Part shown: piece after piece, positions 1-8,102 of the stretch
Position numbering within the stretch: position 1 is the stretch's first letter
Layout of the letters: each line of letters begins with the position of its first letter
Origin: a candidate division WOR-3 bacterium UBA5631
GTDB taxonomy: Bacteria; Hydrothermota; Hydrothermia; UBA1063
Reading direction: 5' to 3'
Assembly: GCA_002421425.1 (NCBI GenBank)
Contig: DIJZ01000011.1
Coordinates: forward strand, 2,307-66,306
Length of the DNA: 64,000 bases
Translations under genes and position numbers: made by a program
Notes under the pieces: model-generated
The model's input: only the letters and a program-made list of their open reading frames with translations
The model's database searches: none
Told to the model about the DNA's origin: nothing

Positions 1-895
1 ATTTCAGGTTCCTTTCAAAGTCTTTATGTATTTCTCGGGCTGCATCCAGAACTGTGCTCCCCTTTTTCAATATCAATGGGTCATGCATAACTGGTGGTTT
101 GCCGGGTTCTTTTGTGTAAATTCTTACAATTTCAAGTTCTTTGAAGAGTTCGTGCTTTAGCTCCTCAACTCCATTGCCGTGTAATGCCGATGCTGGAATA
201 AGCGCGAGTCCAAAAGTGCTCTCAAAGTAGTCTTCCATTTTGGCGAAAACATTAGGGTCTCGGAGTTTATCGAGCTTGTTGAGAACCAGAATAGTTCTCT
301 TGTTTACAGGCCCGAAGAGGTCATATTCTCTTACACCTGTGCCTATAAGGATGATGTTTCGGTTTTCGAGTTGTGTCTTCATAAGGTCATATTGCTCCAT
401 AGGATTGTCCTCAAGGTTCAATACGAGCACAAGTAGGTCAGCATTACGGGTTAGTTCATAGATTCTGTAGTCAGTTTCTTCTTTAAAGGCGGGGGTATCC
501 ACGACTTGAATTTTAATGTCTTCGTAATCCATCATTGCTACCTGAGGGGTTTGGGTTGTAAATGGATAATCTGCTGTTTCGAATTGCGTGTTGCAGAGCG
601 CATTCACAAGGGTAGTCTTCCCCGTATTTGGAAGTCCCAGGAGGATGACCTGTCCGGCCCCTTCCTTTTTTATATACCAGTGCGCGCCAGTCTTTTTCCC
701 CTTTTTTTGGTGTTCATGTTCTTCTTGAAGCTTTGAAATTTTTGCCCTGATTTCGGCTTGAAGTTTGTCGGTGCCTTTGTGTTTAGGCATAATAGCCAGC
801 ATCTTTTTGAGGGCGTGTATTTTCTCTTCTATGGTCCTTGCATTCCTGTATTCTTTTTCAGCTTCAAAATATTGTGGAGGTAAATTTGCCGGCAT
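1..895 (-). CDS. Obg/DRG-family GTP-binding protein with TGS-like C-terminal region (3' end runs off the window)
   Basis: Absent from the ORF track because there is no stop inside the window. Minus-strand translation from the ATG (complement of 893-895) reads MPANLPPQYFEAEKEYRNARTIEEKIHALKKMLAIMPKHKGTDKLQAEIRAKISKLQEEHEH...GAGQVILLGLPNTGKTTLVNAL (P-loop)...IQVVDTPAF. Near position 1 it reads STVLDAAREIHKDFERNLK (TGS-like). The plus-strand ORFs 240..461 and 506..736 are antisense shadows of this gene. Confidence 0.8.
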   Translation of the reverse strand, partial: MPANLPPQYFEAEKEYRNARTIEEKIHALKKMLAIMPKHKGTDKLQAEIRAKISKLQEEHEHQKKGKKTGAHWYIKKEGAGQVILLGLPNTGKTTLVNALCNTQFETADYPFTTQTPQVAMMDYEDIKIQVVDTPAFKEETDYRIYELTRNADLLVLVLNLEDNPMEQYDLMKTQLENRNIILIGTGVREYDLFGPVNKRTILVLNKLDKLRDPNVFAKMEDYFESTFGLALIPASALHGNGVEELKHELFKELEIVRIYTKEPGKPPVMHDPLILKKGSTVLDAAREIHKDFERNLK

Positions 896-984
896 ATTAA
901 AATTATAAGAAAAAGCAATGCTTTTTTCAAGGATTTATTAACTGGAAGATCTTCTGCATTCCCCCTAAAATAAAGCGTAAACCC

Positions 985-1013
985 TTGACAAAGCGATGTT
1001 TGGAGCTTATACT
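985..1013 (+). promoter_or_regulatory. sigma70-type promoter candidate for the 1048 gene
   Basis: TTGACA (985-990), a 17-nt spacer, then TATACT (1008-1013), about 35 nt upstream of the ATG at 1048. The TTG 'start' of ORF 985..3492 is the -35 box itself. Confidence 0.5.
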
Positions 1014-1047
1014 ATTTCAAATTTGCCCTGGGGGCAGAGGGGGGTAT

Positions 1048-3492
1048 ATGAGAAAGTTAGGTATTGTTGTAATTATTGTTGTGTTTTGCCCCTCTTTTTT
1101 GCTGGCTTCCTTTCTTGTTGACCCATCAAGCCCAGTTTATGGGCTATATGTGCAACAATACAGTCCAGCAATTGCGGGGGGCCAATGTGGTTATTTCGCA
1201 GTGTGGGACGACTCGAGAAACGAATCCCGGAGTGTATACGGTACGAGGATTTCACCTGATGGATATCCATTAGATACCTGCGGAATTTTAATAACAAGTG
1301 GCCGAAATGCAGTATATCCCGATATAGTTTATGGGTATACCTCAGCTGGAATGGACAATTATTTAGTGGTATGGGTCGACAGTGTAAATGTAGTTCGAGG
1401 TGTCAGGCTTTCTGGAGGTAGTATTGTAGGCGATGTCATTACGATAAGTACTTCTGAGGCCTTGCATGCATCAGTGTCTTACGCTCCTTCATACGGATAT
1501 ATGGTAGTATGGGGAACTATGTCAGGAGATATTCACGGTGCTAGGGTAACTGTAGATGGCAACGTGCTTGGATCATTTGTGGTTTATGAAGGTCCAGGAA
1601 CTCAAGGTACGCCAAAAATTTCTTATGATGGTGACAAATACCTCGTAGTGTGGTTTGATAATAGGACTGGTGTTTGGAAACTATATGGTTCAAGGATTAC
1701 CCCTTTGGGGAATATATTGGATCCAGGAGGCAGAGATCTCATAGGTAATACAATAAATATCAATTATTTTAATGTTGCTTTTGGAGGTGGTTACTGGTTT
1801 TTGGTCTGGCGATATAGCGACTCAACTTTCGTTTATGGTGCAAGGGTCGATACGAGCGGGACCTGTCGCGATATCCCGCCTATAAGAGTCATTTCAGGAG
1901 ACTCTTACAATTACAACTACCCAGCTGTCTCTTACAGCAATGGGCGCTTTGTTGTGGCTTCTACATGTGATTTTCCTTCATACACGTACAGATTGGAAAT
2001 AGCTGTAGTAGATACGAGTGGTTCAATAATTTCGAGCAATAATGCTCAGCTCTTAAACTCGCCGAAACTTTCTTATCTTGACCTTGCCTTTTCGGACACT
2101 ATAGCTTTTGTGCTTTGGAGACATTATCTACCTTCATGGAAAAAGTTCGGAATCTGCGGACGAAGGGTAACAAGAAACGGTAATTTTCCAGATCCTTATT
2201 ATGATTTAAGAGACATTGGTATAGTGGCTAATTCTCAGGTTTTGCCTGTTGCAGAGTTCGGTGGGGATAGTATCCTTGTTATCTGGAAGGACGATTTTTA
2301 CGGGTTAATTGGTGAATTGCTTGACAGTGAAGGTAATCCTGTTAACGGGACACTTGGAGGAGGTCCGATAACACAACGATATGCCCTGACTTTTAATGGT
2401 AATAATTATTTCTTCGTTTGGTTTGACCTGAGTTCGATTACAGTGAAGGGCATAAGGCTATCAAGGGAGGGAAACGTTATTGGCACGGATATTAACATAT
2501 CGCCAATTCTCACAGGAGACCCATTAGTTGCCACTGCGTCGACGCAAGACTTTTATGTTGTTTCCTGGTCCGAGTACTATCCGCCTCGAGTGATGCTTTG
2601 CATTCTAAATTCTGATGGGAACATTGTCGTAGCGCCTACCGATGTGAGTAATATAACCAATACCGATGTAAATGTGAGTGATTTGAGCGTTTCTGCCGAC
2701 AGCGTTAATGGAAGGTTTGCAATAGCATGGAGTGAGACGGATTTGATGGTATTCATAGACAGCTGTTTTCTTTCTATCGTTTCTGAAGCAGGTGGCGTTA
2801 TAAATTCAAGAATCTCATTGGGCAGAAAAGAGTTTGTCTCATTAGTTAATAACGGAGAATCCTACTTTGCAATTGCTTATGATTCATACCAATATATCAA
2901 GGGAGTGTGGATCAACTATAACGGTGCCATTATAGATAGTTGTGAAATTCCAGTTCGTTTAGCGCGAGCTAAGTTATGTGCTTGCAATGAAGGGTACTTT
3001 ATTGTTGGAACTTCCAGAACAGTTGGAGATTCAAGAGTTCTTGGTTATCTTTTGAATGTGGAAGGAGAACTTATTGACTCGTTTGATCTTGGATCAGGTA
3101 AAGAGGCTCACGTCACCTCAAATGGAACAATCATATTTGTTACCTGGAGTGCATTTACACCTCATCCTTACTCTTCTTTCCGGATCTGGGGTGAAATTAT
3201 CCCCGTTGTTGCAGTTTCTGAAAACTACCCTCATCACGGGCCGGTTTTCGCGCTAAAATTTGATAGATTCATTTTTGAGAACGAGGTTCACGGATACATC
3301 GAAGGTTTGGAGGATGGAGATGATTTTACTATCGAATTGTTTGATCCTTCCGGGAGAATCGTTTCGAGGTGCGCCTTTAATAAAGCTAATTTTACGTTTG
3401 GAAATGAATTGAAAAGAGGAATATACTTTGTGAGGGCAATAGTAAAGGGAGTAGGTGCCACAACTATTCAAAAAGTGATCAAAGTGAGATAA
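1048..3492 (+). CDS. secreted repeat protein (814 aa) with T9SS-type C-terminal sorting domain
   Basis: The in-frame ATG at 1048 follows a G-rich SD (GGGGCAGAGGGGGG) and opens a signal peptide, MRKLGIVVIIVVFCPSFLLASF. The body consists of degenerate tandem repeats. The last ~80 aa (...FTIELFDPSGRIVSR...GIYFVRAIVKGVGATTIQKVIKVR) look like a Por/T9SS type-A sorting domain. Confidence 0.8.
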   Translation: MRKLGIVVIIVVFCPSFLLASFLVDPSSPVYGLYVQQYSPAIAGGQCGYFAVWDDSRNESRSVYGTRISPDGYPLDTCGILITSGRNAVYPDIVYGYTSAGMDNYLVVWVDSVNVVRGVRLSGGSIVGDVITISTSEALHASVSYAPSYGYMVVWGTMSGDIHGARVTVDGNVLGSFVVYEGPGTQGTPKISYDGDKYLVVWFDNRTGVWKLYGSRITPLGNILDPGGRDLIGNTININYFNVAFGGGYWFLVWRYSDSTFVYGARVDTSGTCRDIPPIRVISGDSYNYNYPAVSYSNGRFVVASTCDFPSYTYRLEIAVVDTSGSIISSNNAQLLNSPKLSYLDLAFSDTIAFVLWRHYLPSWKKFGICGRRVTRNGNFPDPYYDLRDIGIVANSQVLPVAEFGGDSILVIWKDDFYGLIGELLDSEGNPVNGTLGGGPITQRYALTFNGNNYFFVWFDLSSITVKGIRLSREGNVIGTDINISPILTGDPLVATASTQDFYVVSWSEYYPPRVMLCILNSDGNIVVAPTDVSNITNTDVNVSDLSVSADSVNGRFAIAWSETDLMVFIDSCFLSIVSEAGGVINSRISLGRKEFVSLVNNGESYFAIAYDSYQYIKGVWINYNGAIIDSCEIPVRLARAKLCACNEGYFIVGTSRTVGDSRVLGYLLNVEGELIDSFDLGSGKEAHVTSNGTIIFVTWSAFTPHPYSSFRIWGEIIPVVAVSENYPHHGPVFALKFDRFIFENEVHGYIEGLEDGDDFTIELFDPSGRIVSRCAFNKANFTFGNELKRGIYFVRAIVKGVGATTIQKVIKVR
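1160..3200 (+). repeat. about 13-14 tandem degenerate ~50-55-aa protein repeats (approximate bounds)
   Basis: The recurring unit is [P.(I/V)(S/A)(Y/F).G..(Y/F)(L/F)VVW.D ... (V/L)YG.R(I/V)...G..L]. Examples: GYFAVWDD..VYGTRISPDGYPLD; NYLVVWVD..VRGVRLSGGSIVGD; GYMVVWGT..IHGARVTVDGNVLG; KYLVVWFD..LYGSRITPLGNILD; YWFLVWRY..VYGARVDTSGTCRD; IAFVLWRH..ICGRRVTRNGNFPD; ILVIWKDD..LIGELLDSEGNPVN; NYFFVWFD..VKGIRLSREGNVIG; FYVVSWSE..MLCILNSDGNIVV; RFAIAWSE; YFAIAYDS; IIFVTWSA. Confidence 0.7.
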
Positions 3493-3685
3493 AGCTTGGG
3501 ACTTTAAATTAGCTGTAAGCTTCCACGCAGGTGATATTAAAGTAAGAGGGACAAGCGCACAAAAAATTTAAGTTTTTAGTGAAGTTGCATCTTAGTATAA
3601 TCTATAAAGTCCAAGAGGGTGCTTAATAGAATCTGTCTTAGCCTGCATCCGTACACAGAACGCTGAGCCTTCTCAGTTGCCATTT

Positions 3686-4339
3686 TCATTCCTCTTCAAG
3701 TTTTTGAAAATCTCCCTGTCTTGCATAGAATATTGCCTTAACGGCATACAATGCTGTCCCAAGATTGTGTTCTTTTGAGTGCCCAACGGGGGGTGCTAAA
3801 GTTGCTGCTCTTAAGGCAAACTGTGCTGGTAGATTTTTTGTTTCCCTCGCAATTTTGTAAGTTTCAAGGATTACTCTCCTAAGCTCCTTGAATTTAATTT
3901 TCTCATCTAAGTAGTCATTTAAGACAGTTAATACAAGGTGAAGTTGTGCATCTCCAGGGTAAAGTTCTTCGTAGAAATTGATTACTCTTTCTACATACAA
4001 TGAATCTTATTAACCAAAATTACTCTTAACAAGTTCCAGTTTGTTGATACTTTTTATTGTTTCTGAGAGATGTTCGTGGGTTTGAATTATATCTGAAACC
4101 TACGTGAAGGTAATGTAACTTCTAAAGGTTTCAGGTAGTGCCTTGATCTCATTCTCAATTTCATCTATCTTACTGGAGTCGGAGATGGCTATAGTTTTTG
4201 AGGGTGAGATTGCAAAGAGCTTTCCGGGGATAAAGTACAAGACTGTCCATGGTTCCTTTCTGTTGACGTCAAAAATATAAGATATAGCGCGGAGGTTTGC
4301 GTTCTGTATAACCCAGATGCAGTCAACCCTTGTTCCAGG
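3686..4339 (-). pseudogene. decayed gene; C-terminal part resembles Imm-5-like putative immunity proteins
   Basis: A single minus-strand frame is open from 4339 to 3686 except for an in-frame TAG (4100-4102) and a TAA TAA pair (4007-4012). The frame contains no ATG. The 104-aa ORF-track piece (3686..4000) starts at TTG without an SD. The C-terminal helical segment ...ARETKNLPAQFALRAATLAPPVGHSKEHNLGTALYAVKAIFYA recalls Imm-5-like immunity proteins (weak, from memory). Confidence 0.4.
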
Positions 4340-4344
4340 TTAAT

Positions 4345-4373
4345 TTGTTATTATGGGAGAATTTTGTTATAAT
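4345..4373 (+). promoter_or_regulatory. promoter candidate with extended -10 for the radical SAM gene
   Basis: TTGTTA (4345-4350), a 17-nt spacer, then TGtTATAAT (TG at 4365-4366, TATAAT at 4368-4373), 33 nt upstream of the ATG at 4407. Confidence 0.5.
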
Positions 4374-4406
4374 CCCTGAACAATTAGTTGAATTTACCGA
4401 TATATT

Positions 4407-5129
4407 ATGCACATAAGCATAAAAACAGTTAAAAGCATACTTACCAGGTCGAAAGTCTATGACTACGTAATTAACCCTTATGTTGGCTGTGAGCATGGAT
4501 GTACCTATTGTTATGCAAGGTTTATTAAGAAGTTTACCGGTCACAAAGAGCCGTGGGGTGAATTCGTGGATGTGAAAATTAACGCGCCTGAGCTTCTGGA
4601 AAAGGAGATCATGAAAAGAAAGAAGGGGGACATCTGGATAAGTGGAATTTGTGATCCCTACCAGCCTCTTGAGAAAGATTATAAAATTACACGCAAATGT
4701 CTGGAAATTCTTTCAAAATATGACTGGCATATATTTATTCAGACAAAATCGCCACTAGTTTTAAGGGATCTGGACCTCATCAAAAGATTTCAGCAAATAG
4801 ATGTAGGCTTCTCCATAGGTACAGCCAGTGAAGAGGTTAAGATGATTTTTGAACCGAGGGCGCCTTCAATTTCCTTAAGAATAGAAGCTCTGGGCATATT
4901 AAGAGCTGAGGGAATCAAAACCTACGCAATGATTGCGCCCACACTTCCAGAGGCTGAAGGACTTGTAGAGCTTCTGACAAACAAGGTTGATTACATTATT
5001 ATTGACAGAATGAATTATCATTATGCCGATTGGGTTTACAAGAAATTCGGATTCAGGAAGGTGCAGGATTTAGAGCTTCTATCTGAGCGCTTTAGAGATT
5101 TGGGAATTCAATGTGAGATAGTTTCTTAG
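4407..5129 (+). CDS. radical SAM protein, SplB-like / COG1533 'DNA repair photolyase' family
   Basis: 240-aa ORF. The N-terminal INPYVGCEHGCTYCYARF carries a CX3CX2C radical-SAM cluster motif in the context typical of this family. Confidence 0.75.
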   Translation: MHISIKTVKSILTRSKVYDYVINPYVGCEHGCTYCYARFIKKFTGHKEPWGEFVDVKINAPELLEKEIMKRKKGDIWISGICDPYQPLEKDYKITRKCLEILSKYDWHIFIQTKSPLVLRDLDLIKRFQQIDVGFSIGTASEEVKMIFEPRAPSISLRIEALGILRAEGIKTYAMIAPTLPEAEGLVELLTNKVDYIIIDRMNYHYADWVYKKFGFRKVQDLELLSERFRDLGIQCEIVS

Positions 5130-5295
5130 GTACTCGTTAGATTCCGTAAGTGCGAGTTAAGAATCACGGTATTCGGGAGATATATCGAATCCCGCTTAAA
5201 ATTTTGCACAACAAACTCGAAACATTTTTTGTTGTTTTTTCATTTGATTTTTCTTATTATAATAACAGTAATTTTTGTCGGAGGGGGGTGGTAGT

Positions 5296-7026
5296 ATGAA
5301 GGCAAAGTTTCAGAGAATCTTCTATATATCGGTTACTCTTTTATTTGTCCTTATTGCCTGCAGGCGCGAATTTAATGTGCCTCCAGAGATTAGAGTATTT
5401 GCCACGAAGAGTATTCCTCTGGGGATTTGCATTGAATTTGAGGTGATTGATGAGAATTTTGCCTACTCACGGGTTTATGTGAATGATTCTCTGTTAAAAA
5501 CTTATAACCTTGATCAGGTAGTGGATACAATTGGAAATGTTGTGCCGTGGAATCATTACCGTATAAAAATTGTAGCGGTAGACGAGGGAGGGCTCACAAG
5601 TATCAAAGAAGTAGGTCTTGTCTTTGGACCTCCACCAGTGGTTAATAATCCATACCCCGGTGAGGTTTTCTGGCAAGGAGAAAGTGTAAATTTCATTTGG
5701 GAGCCGGTGTCTAACGCAACAGGATATCATTTACAAGTCTCAAGAACTTATGATTTCAGCTCTATCCTGGTTGATACAGTGGTCTCTGTTTCCCATTTCA
5801 CAGGTTCATTTTTGGACTATGGATATTTGTACTTCCGAATTAGATCTTTAAAAGATACTTTGAGGGGTGATTGGTCTGACGTAACTGCCTTTCGATTTGA
5901 AAGTATCTCTCCACCAGCCTTGCTTTATCCAATGAATGCAACCTTCTGGGTTGATGATACAGTTACCTTCGCATGGAGTTTAAAGGAAGGAGCAGAGTTT
6001 TACAGGTTTCAGATCTCAGCCGATTCGAATTTTGTTAACATAATTGTTGATTCTCTCTTAAATACAACATCCACCATTTGGCCATCTGCAGGGCAGATTG
6101 GAAGTTTCTTCTGGCGTGTGAAGGCAGGAAGAGGCTCCATATGGACAGGTTGGACAACTGCTGGAGCCTTTGACATAGCTATACCTTCTGCTCCAAACTT
6201 CATTATCCCTCCTGATGGTAGCTCATTCTGGAATAGTGAAGGTATAACTTTTTCATGGACATCGGTTAGAGGTGCTAGCAGTTATAATCTTGAAATTTCC
6301 GCCAATTCTGCCTTTACTCAGATTGTTACGTCAGTCTACGTGTCAGGCACAACTTATAACTGGACTCCAGGCTCAAATATCGGCACGTTGTATAGCAGAG
6401 TGAAGGCCGTAAGGGGTAATAGAACGACCTTACCGTCAAATGTAATCAGTATAATTTCAATTAACTCAACTCCAGTGCTTATAAGCCCTTCAGATGGAGC
6501 TGAGTTCTGGAATGCTGAGACACTGCTGTTCAGATGGAACAGTGTTCCGCTGGCTTCAAATTATAGACTTCAGGTATCAAAAGCCTCCGATTTCAATGTG
6601 ACTTCTCTTGATGTAACACTTTCTGACACATATTATAGGTGTATCCCTACTAATATTAACGGAGGTGCCTTCTGGAGGGTAAGGGCTGAAAAGTCCGGAG
6701 TGAGTGGGTTTTATAGCAGTGTAAGGACCCTGCTTCTTTATCCCTATGAGGTTAGTAGCTTTGCGCCGTATAACATTCTTGGTTTTGAAGCATCAGGGAA
6801 CTATGTGTATATGACTAGAAATGTTGGGAGTGACTTCATTCCTAATGGAGCTTTACTTATTTTAAATGTTTCCAACGCGGCGTCTCCTTATGTTGCAGGT
6901 GAATATATAGCTCAATACAGTTGGCCAACAAAGTTCACTGACATTTTTGTTTCCGGTAATTATGCCTACGTCGTTGATAGCATCTGGGGCTCAGGATATT
7001 TGATGTTATCAATCCTTCATCTGTAA
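5296..7026 (+). CDS. lipoprotein with four FN3-like ~90-aa repeats followed by LVIVD repeats (N-terminal part of a frameshifted gene)
   Basis: ATG at 5296 after the SD GGAGGGGGGTGG. The signal peptide and lipobox read MKAKFQRIFYISVTLLFVLIAC. The reading frame ends at 7026 only because of a frame change near 6986-6989; see the finding. Confidence 0.8.
   Translation: MKAKFQRIFYISVTLLFVLIACRREFNVPPEIRVFATKSIPLGICIEFEVIDENFAYSRVYVNDSLLKTYNLDQVVDTIGNVVPWNHYRIKIVAVDEGGLTSIKEVGLVFGPPPVVNNPYPGEVFWQGESVNFIWEPVSNATGYHLQVSRTYDFSSILVDTVVSVSHFTGSFLDYGYLYFRIRSLKDTLRGDWSDVTAFRFESISPPALLYPMNATFWVDDTVTFAWSLKEGAEFYRFQISADSNFVNIIVDSLLNTTSTIWPSAGQIGSFFWRVKAGRGSIWTGWTTAGAFDIAIPSAPNFIIPPDGSSFWNSEGITFSWTSVRGASSYNLEISANSAFTQIVTSVYVSGTTYNWTPGSNIGTLYSRVKAVRGNRTTLPSNVISIISINSTPVLISPSDGAEFWNAETLLFRWNSVPLASNYRLQVSKASDFNVTSLDVTLSDTYYRCIPTNINGGAFWRVRAEKSGVSGFYSSVRTLLLYPYEVSSFAPYNILGFEASGNYVYMTRNVGSDFIPNGALLILNVSNAASPYVAGEYIAQYSWPTKFTDIFVSGNYAYVVDSIWGSGYLMLSILHL
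5629..6732 (+). repeat. four tandem ~90-aa FN3-like domain repeats (protein level)
   Basis: The four units begin PYPGEVFWQGESVNFIWEPVSNATGYHLQVSRTYDF, LYPMNATFWVDDTVTFAWSLKEGAEFYRFQISADSNF, IPPDGSSFWNSEGITFSWTSVRGASSYNLEISANSAF and ISPSDGAEFWNAETLLFRWNSVPLASNYRLQVSKASDF. Each ends in a ...FWRV(K/R)A... strand. Confidence 0.7.
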
Positions 7027-7076
7027 CAGAAGTTGGTTTCTGGCAGGTTTATCCCTCCTTTACGTATTCAGTCTTT

Positions 7077-7652
7077 GTGCAGGGGAACTATGCTTATATT
7101 ATTACGGGAAGTGGGAATTTCGCTTATTTCCAGATTCTGAATGTAAATTATCCTTCGAATCCTGTAATGGTAGGGAATCTTAGCATCACTGGGGCGAGAA
7201 AGGTCTTTATTTCCGGGCATTATGCTTTCATTGCAAGTGGCAGTCTTGGTGTATCCATTGTTGATGTCTCAAATCCTGCGGTCCCCAGGTTACGCGGTTC
7301 TATTAACACTCCAGGTGAAGCGGTGAATATTTTCGCGAATTCACATTACCTCTACGTGGCTGATGGTATAGGTGGGTTAACAATAGTGGATATATCAAAT
7401 CCTTCAAACCCTGTGTTAAGAGGAAGATACACTAACGTAAACGTTAGCGGAGTATGGGTAAAGAATAGCGTAGCCGCTACAACAGGGGCTAATAATTTGC
7501 TTACAGCTATTGATGTGATCGACCCTTTAAACCCTTCGGAATTAGGGCGCTTGAGGCCACAGGGTGAAACGGGAAAGTGGGTTAAAGTAAGTGGAAATTA
7601 TGCCTTTGTAGCAGATGAGAATAAGTTGCGGGTCATAAAGCTTAAGAATTAA
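7077..7652 (+). CDS. LVIVD-repeat beta-propeller segment (C-terminal part of the same frameshifted gene; frame open from 6981)
   Basis: Repeats of GNYAY(V/I)A..G..GL.IVD(V/I)SNPS.P... For example GNYAYIITGSGNFAYFQILNVNYPSNPVMVG, GHYAFIASGSLGVSIVDVSNPAVPRLRG and SHYLYVADGIGGLTIVDISNPSNPVLRG. Upstream of the GTG at 7077 the same frame reads GLRIFDVINPSSVTEVGFW, continuing the repeats of the 5296 ORF. Confidence 0.8.
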   Translation: MQGNYAYIITGSGNFAYFQILNVNYPSNPVMVGNLSITGARKVFISGHYAFIASGSLGVSIVDVSNPAVPRLRGSINTPGEAVNIFANSHYLYVADGIGGLTIVDISNPSNPVLRGRYTNVNVSGVWVKNSVAATTGANNLLTAIDVIDPLNPSELGRLRPQGETGKWVKVSGNYAFVADENKLRVIKLKN

Positions 7653-7694
7653 TAAGTCCACTTGCCGTATAATTTCATAAGGGCAGGAGGAGTA

Positions 7695-7838
7695 ATGACA
7701 GAGATAGAAATTAAGGATGTTATGGGGAGAATGTTCCTGATCTGTGTATGGTGTGCGTTCCTCCTGAGCTTCGTGCAGATTCCAACTGGAAGCGCTTGGA
7801 AAGATATATTTATGAAATTAATAGCAAGATTCCGGTAG
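7695..7838 (+). CDS. candidate small ORF (47 aa as written; about 70 aa ending at 7906 if one G is restored in the GGGG run at 7724-7727)
   Basis: The ATG at 7695 lies 5 nt after a strong SD (GGCAGGAGGAG), and a TATAAT sits at 7668-7673. As written the product is MTEIEIKDVMGRMFLICVWCAFLLSFVQIPTGSAWKDIFMKLIARFR. The neighbouring frame (open 7715-7906) reads ...ENVPDLCMVCVPPELRADSNWKRLERYIYEINSKIPVVYIDISKTLNKRGKETSNREIA. No family recognised. Confidence 0.3.
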   Translation: MTEIEIKDVMGRMFLICVWCAFLLSFVQIPTGSAWKDIFMKLIARFR

Positions 7839-8102
7839 TATATATTGATATTTCTAAAACCCTGAATAAGCGAGGAAAAGAAACGTCGAATAGGGAGATT
7901 GCATAGTAAATTGCAAGTTAATTAAATCTTTTGTGCTGAGTAAAGAAAGGTTTCAGAAAGAAGTGAAAGAAGCTTTGAAAGAATAGTCTGCTTAAGCTGA
8001 GCTCCAATTTAATGCGTTGAAAGGGGATAAAGGGTTCGTTAGCTATTTTGCTGACTTGCCGTTTCTTTTCCTTTAAAATAATTGTTAAAAGGAGTGTTAA
8101 AT

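Noticed and set aside
240-736. Plus-strand ORFs 240..461 and 506..736
   Set aside because: Both lie antisense to a clearly recognisable GTPase gene (P-loop, TGS-like end) that occupies 1..895 on the minus strand. Their low-complexity, Ser/Leu/Arg-rich translations are typical of shadow ORFs.
985-1047. TTG at 985 as the start of the 835-aa ORF
   Set aside because: That TTG is the first half of a TTGACA -35 box. The ATG at 1048 has an SD and opens a proper signal peptide.
3661-3686. Short hairpin CTGAG-CCTT-CTCAG followed by TTGCCATTTT, as a possible terminator
   Set aside because: The stem is only 5 bp, it lies 170 nt from the nearest plus-strand stop, and the T tract is weak. This is not convincing enough to call.
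5140-5200. GAATCCCG / CGGGA sequence resembling a tRNA T-arm or a terminator after the radical SAM gene
   Set aside because: The CGGGA...TCCCG stem encloses an 11-nt loop rather than a 7-nt T-loop. No acceptor, D or anticodon arms can be drawn. As a terminator the stem is too short.
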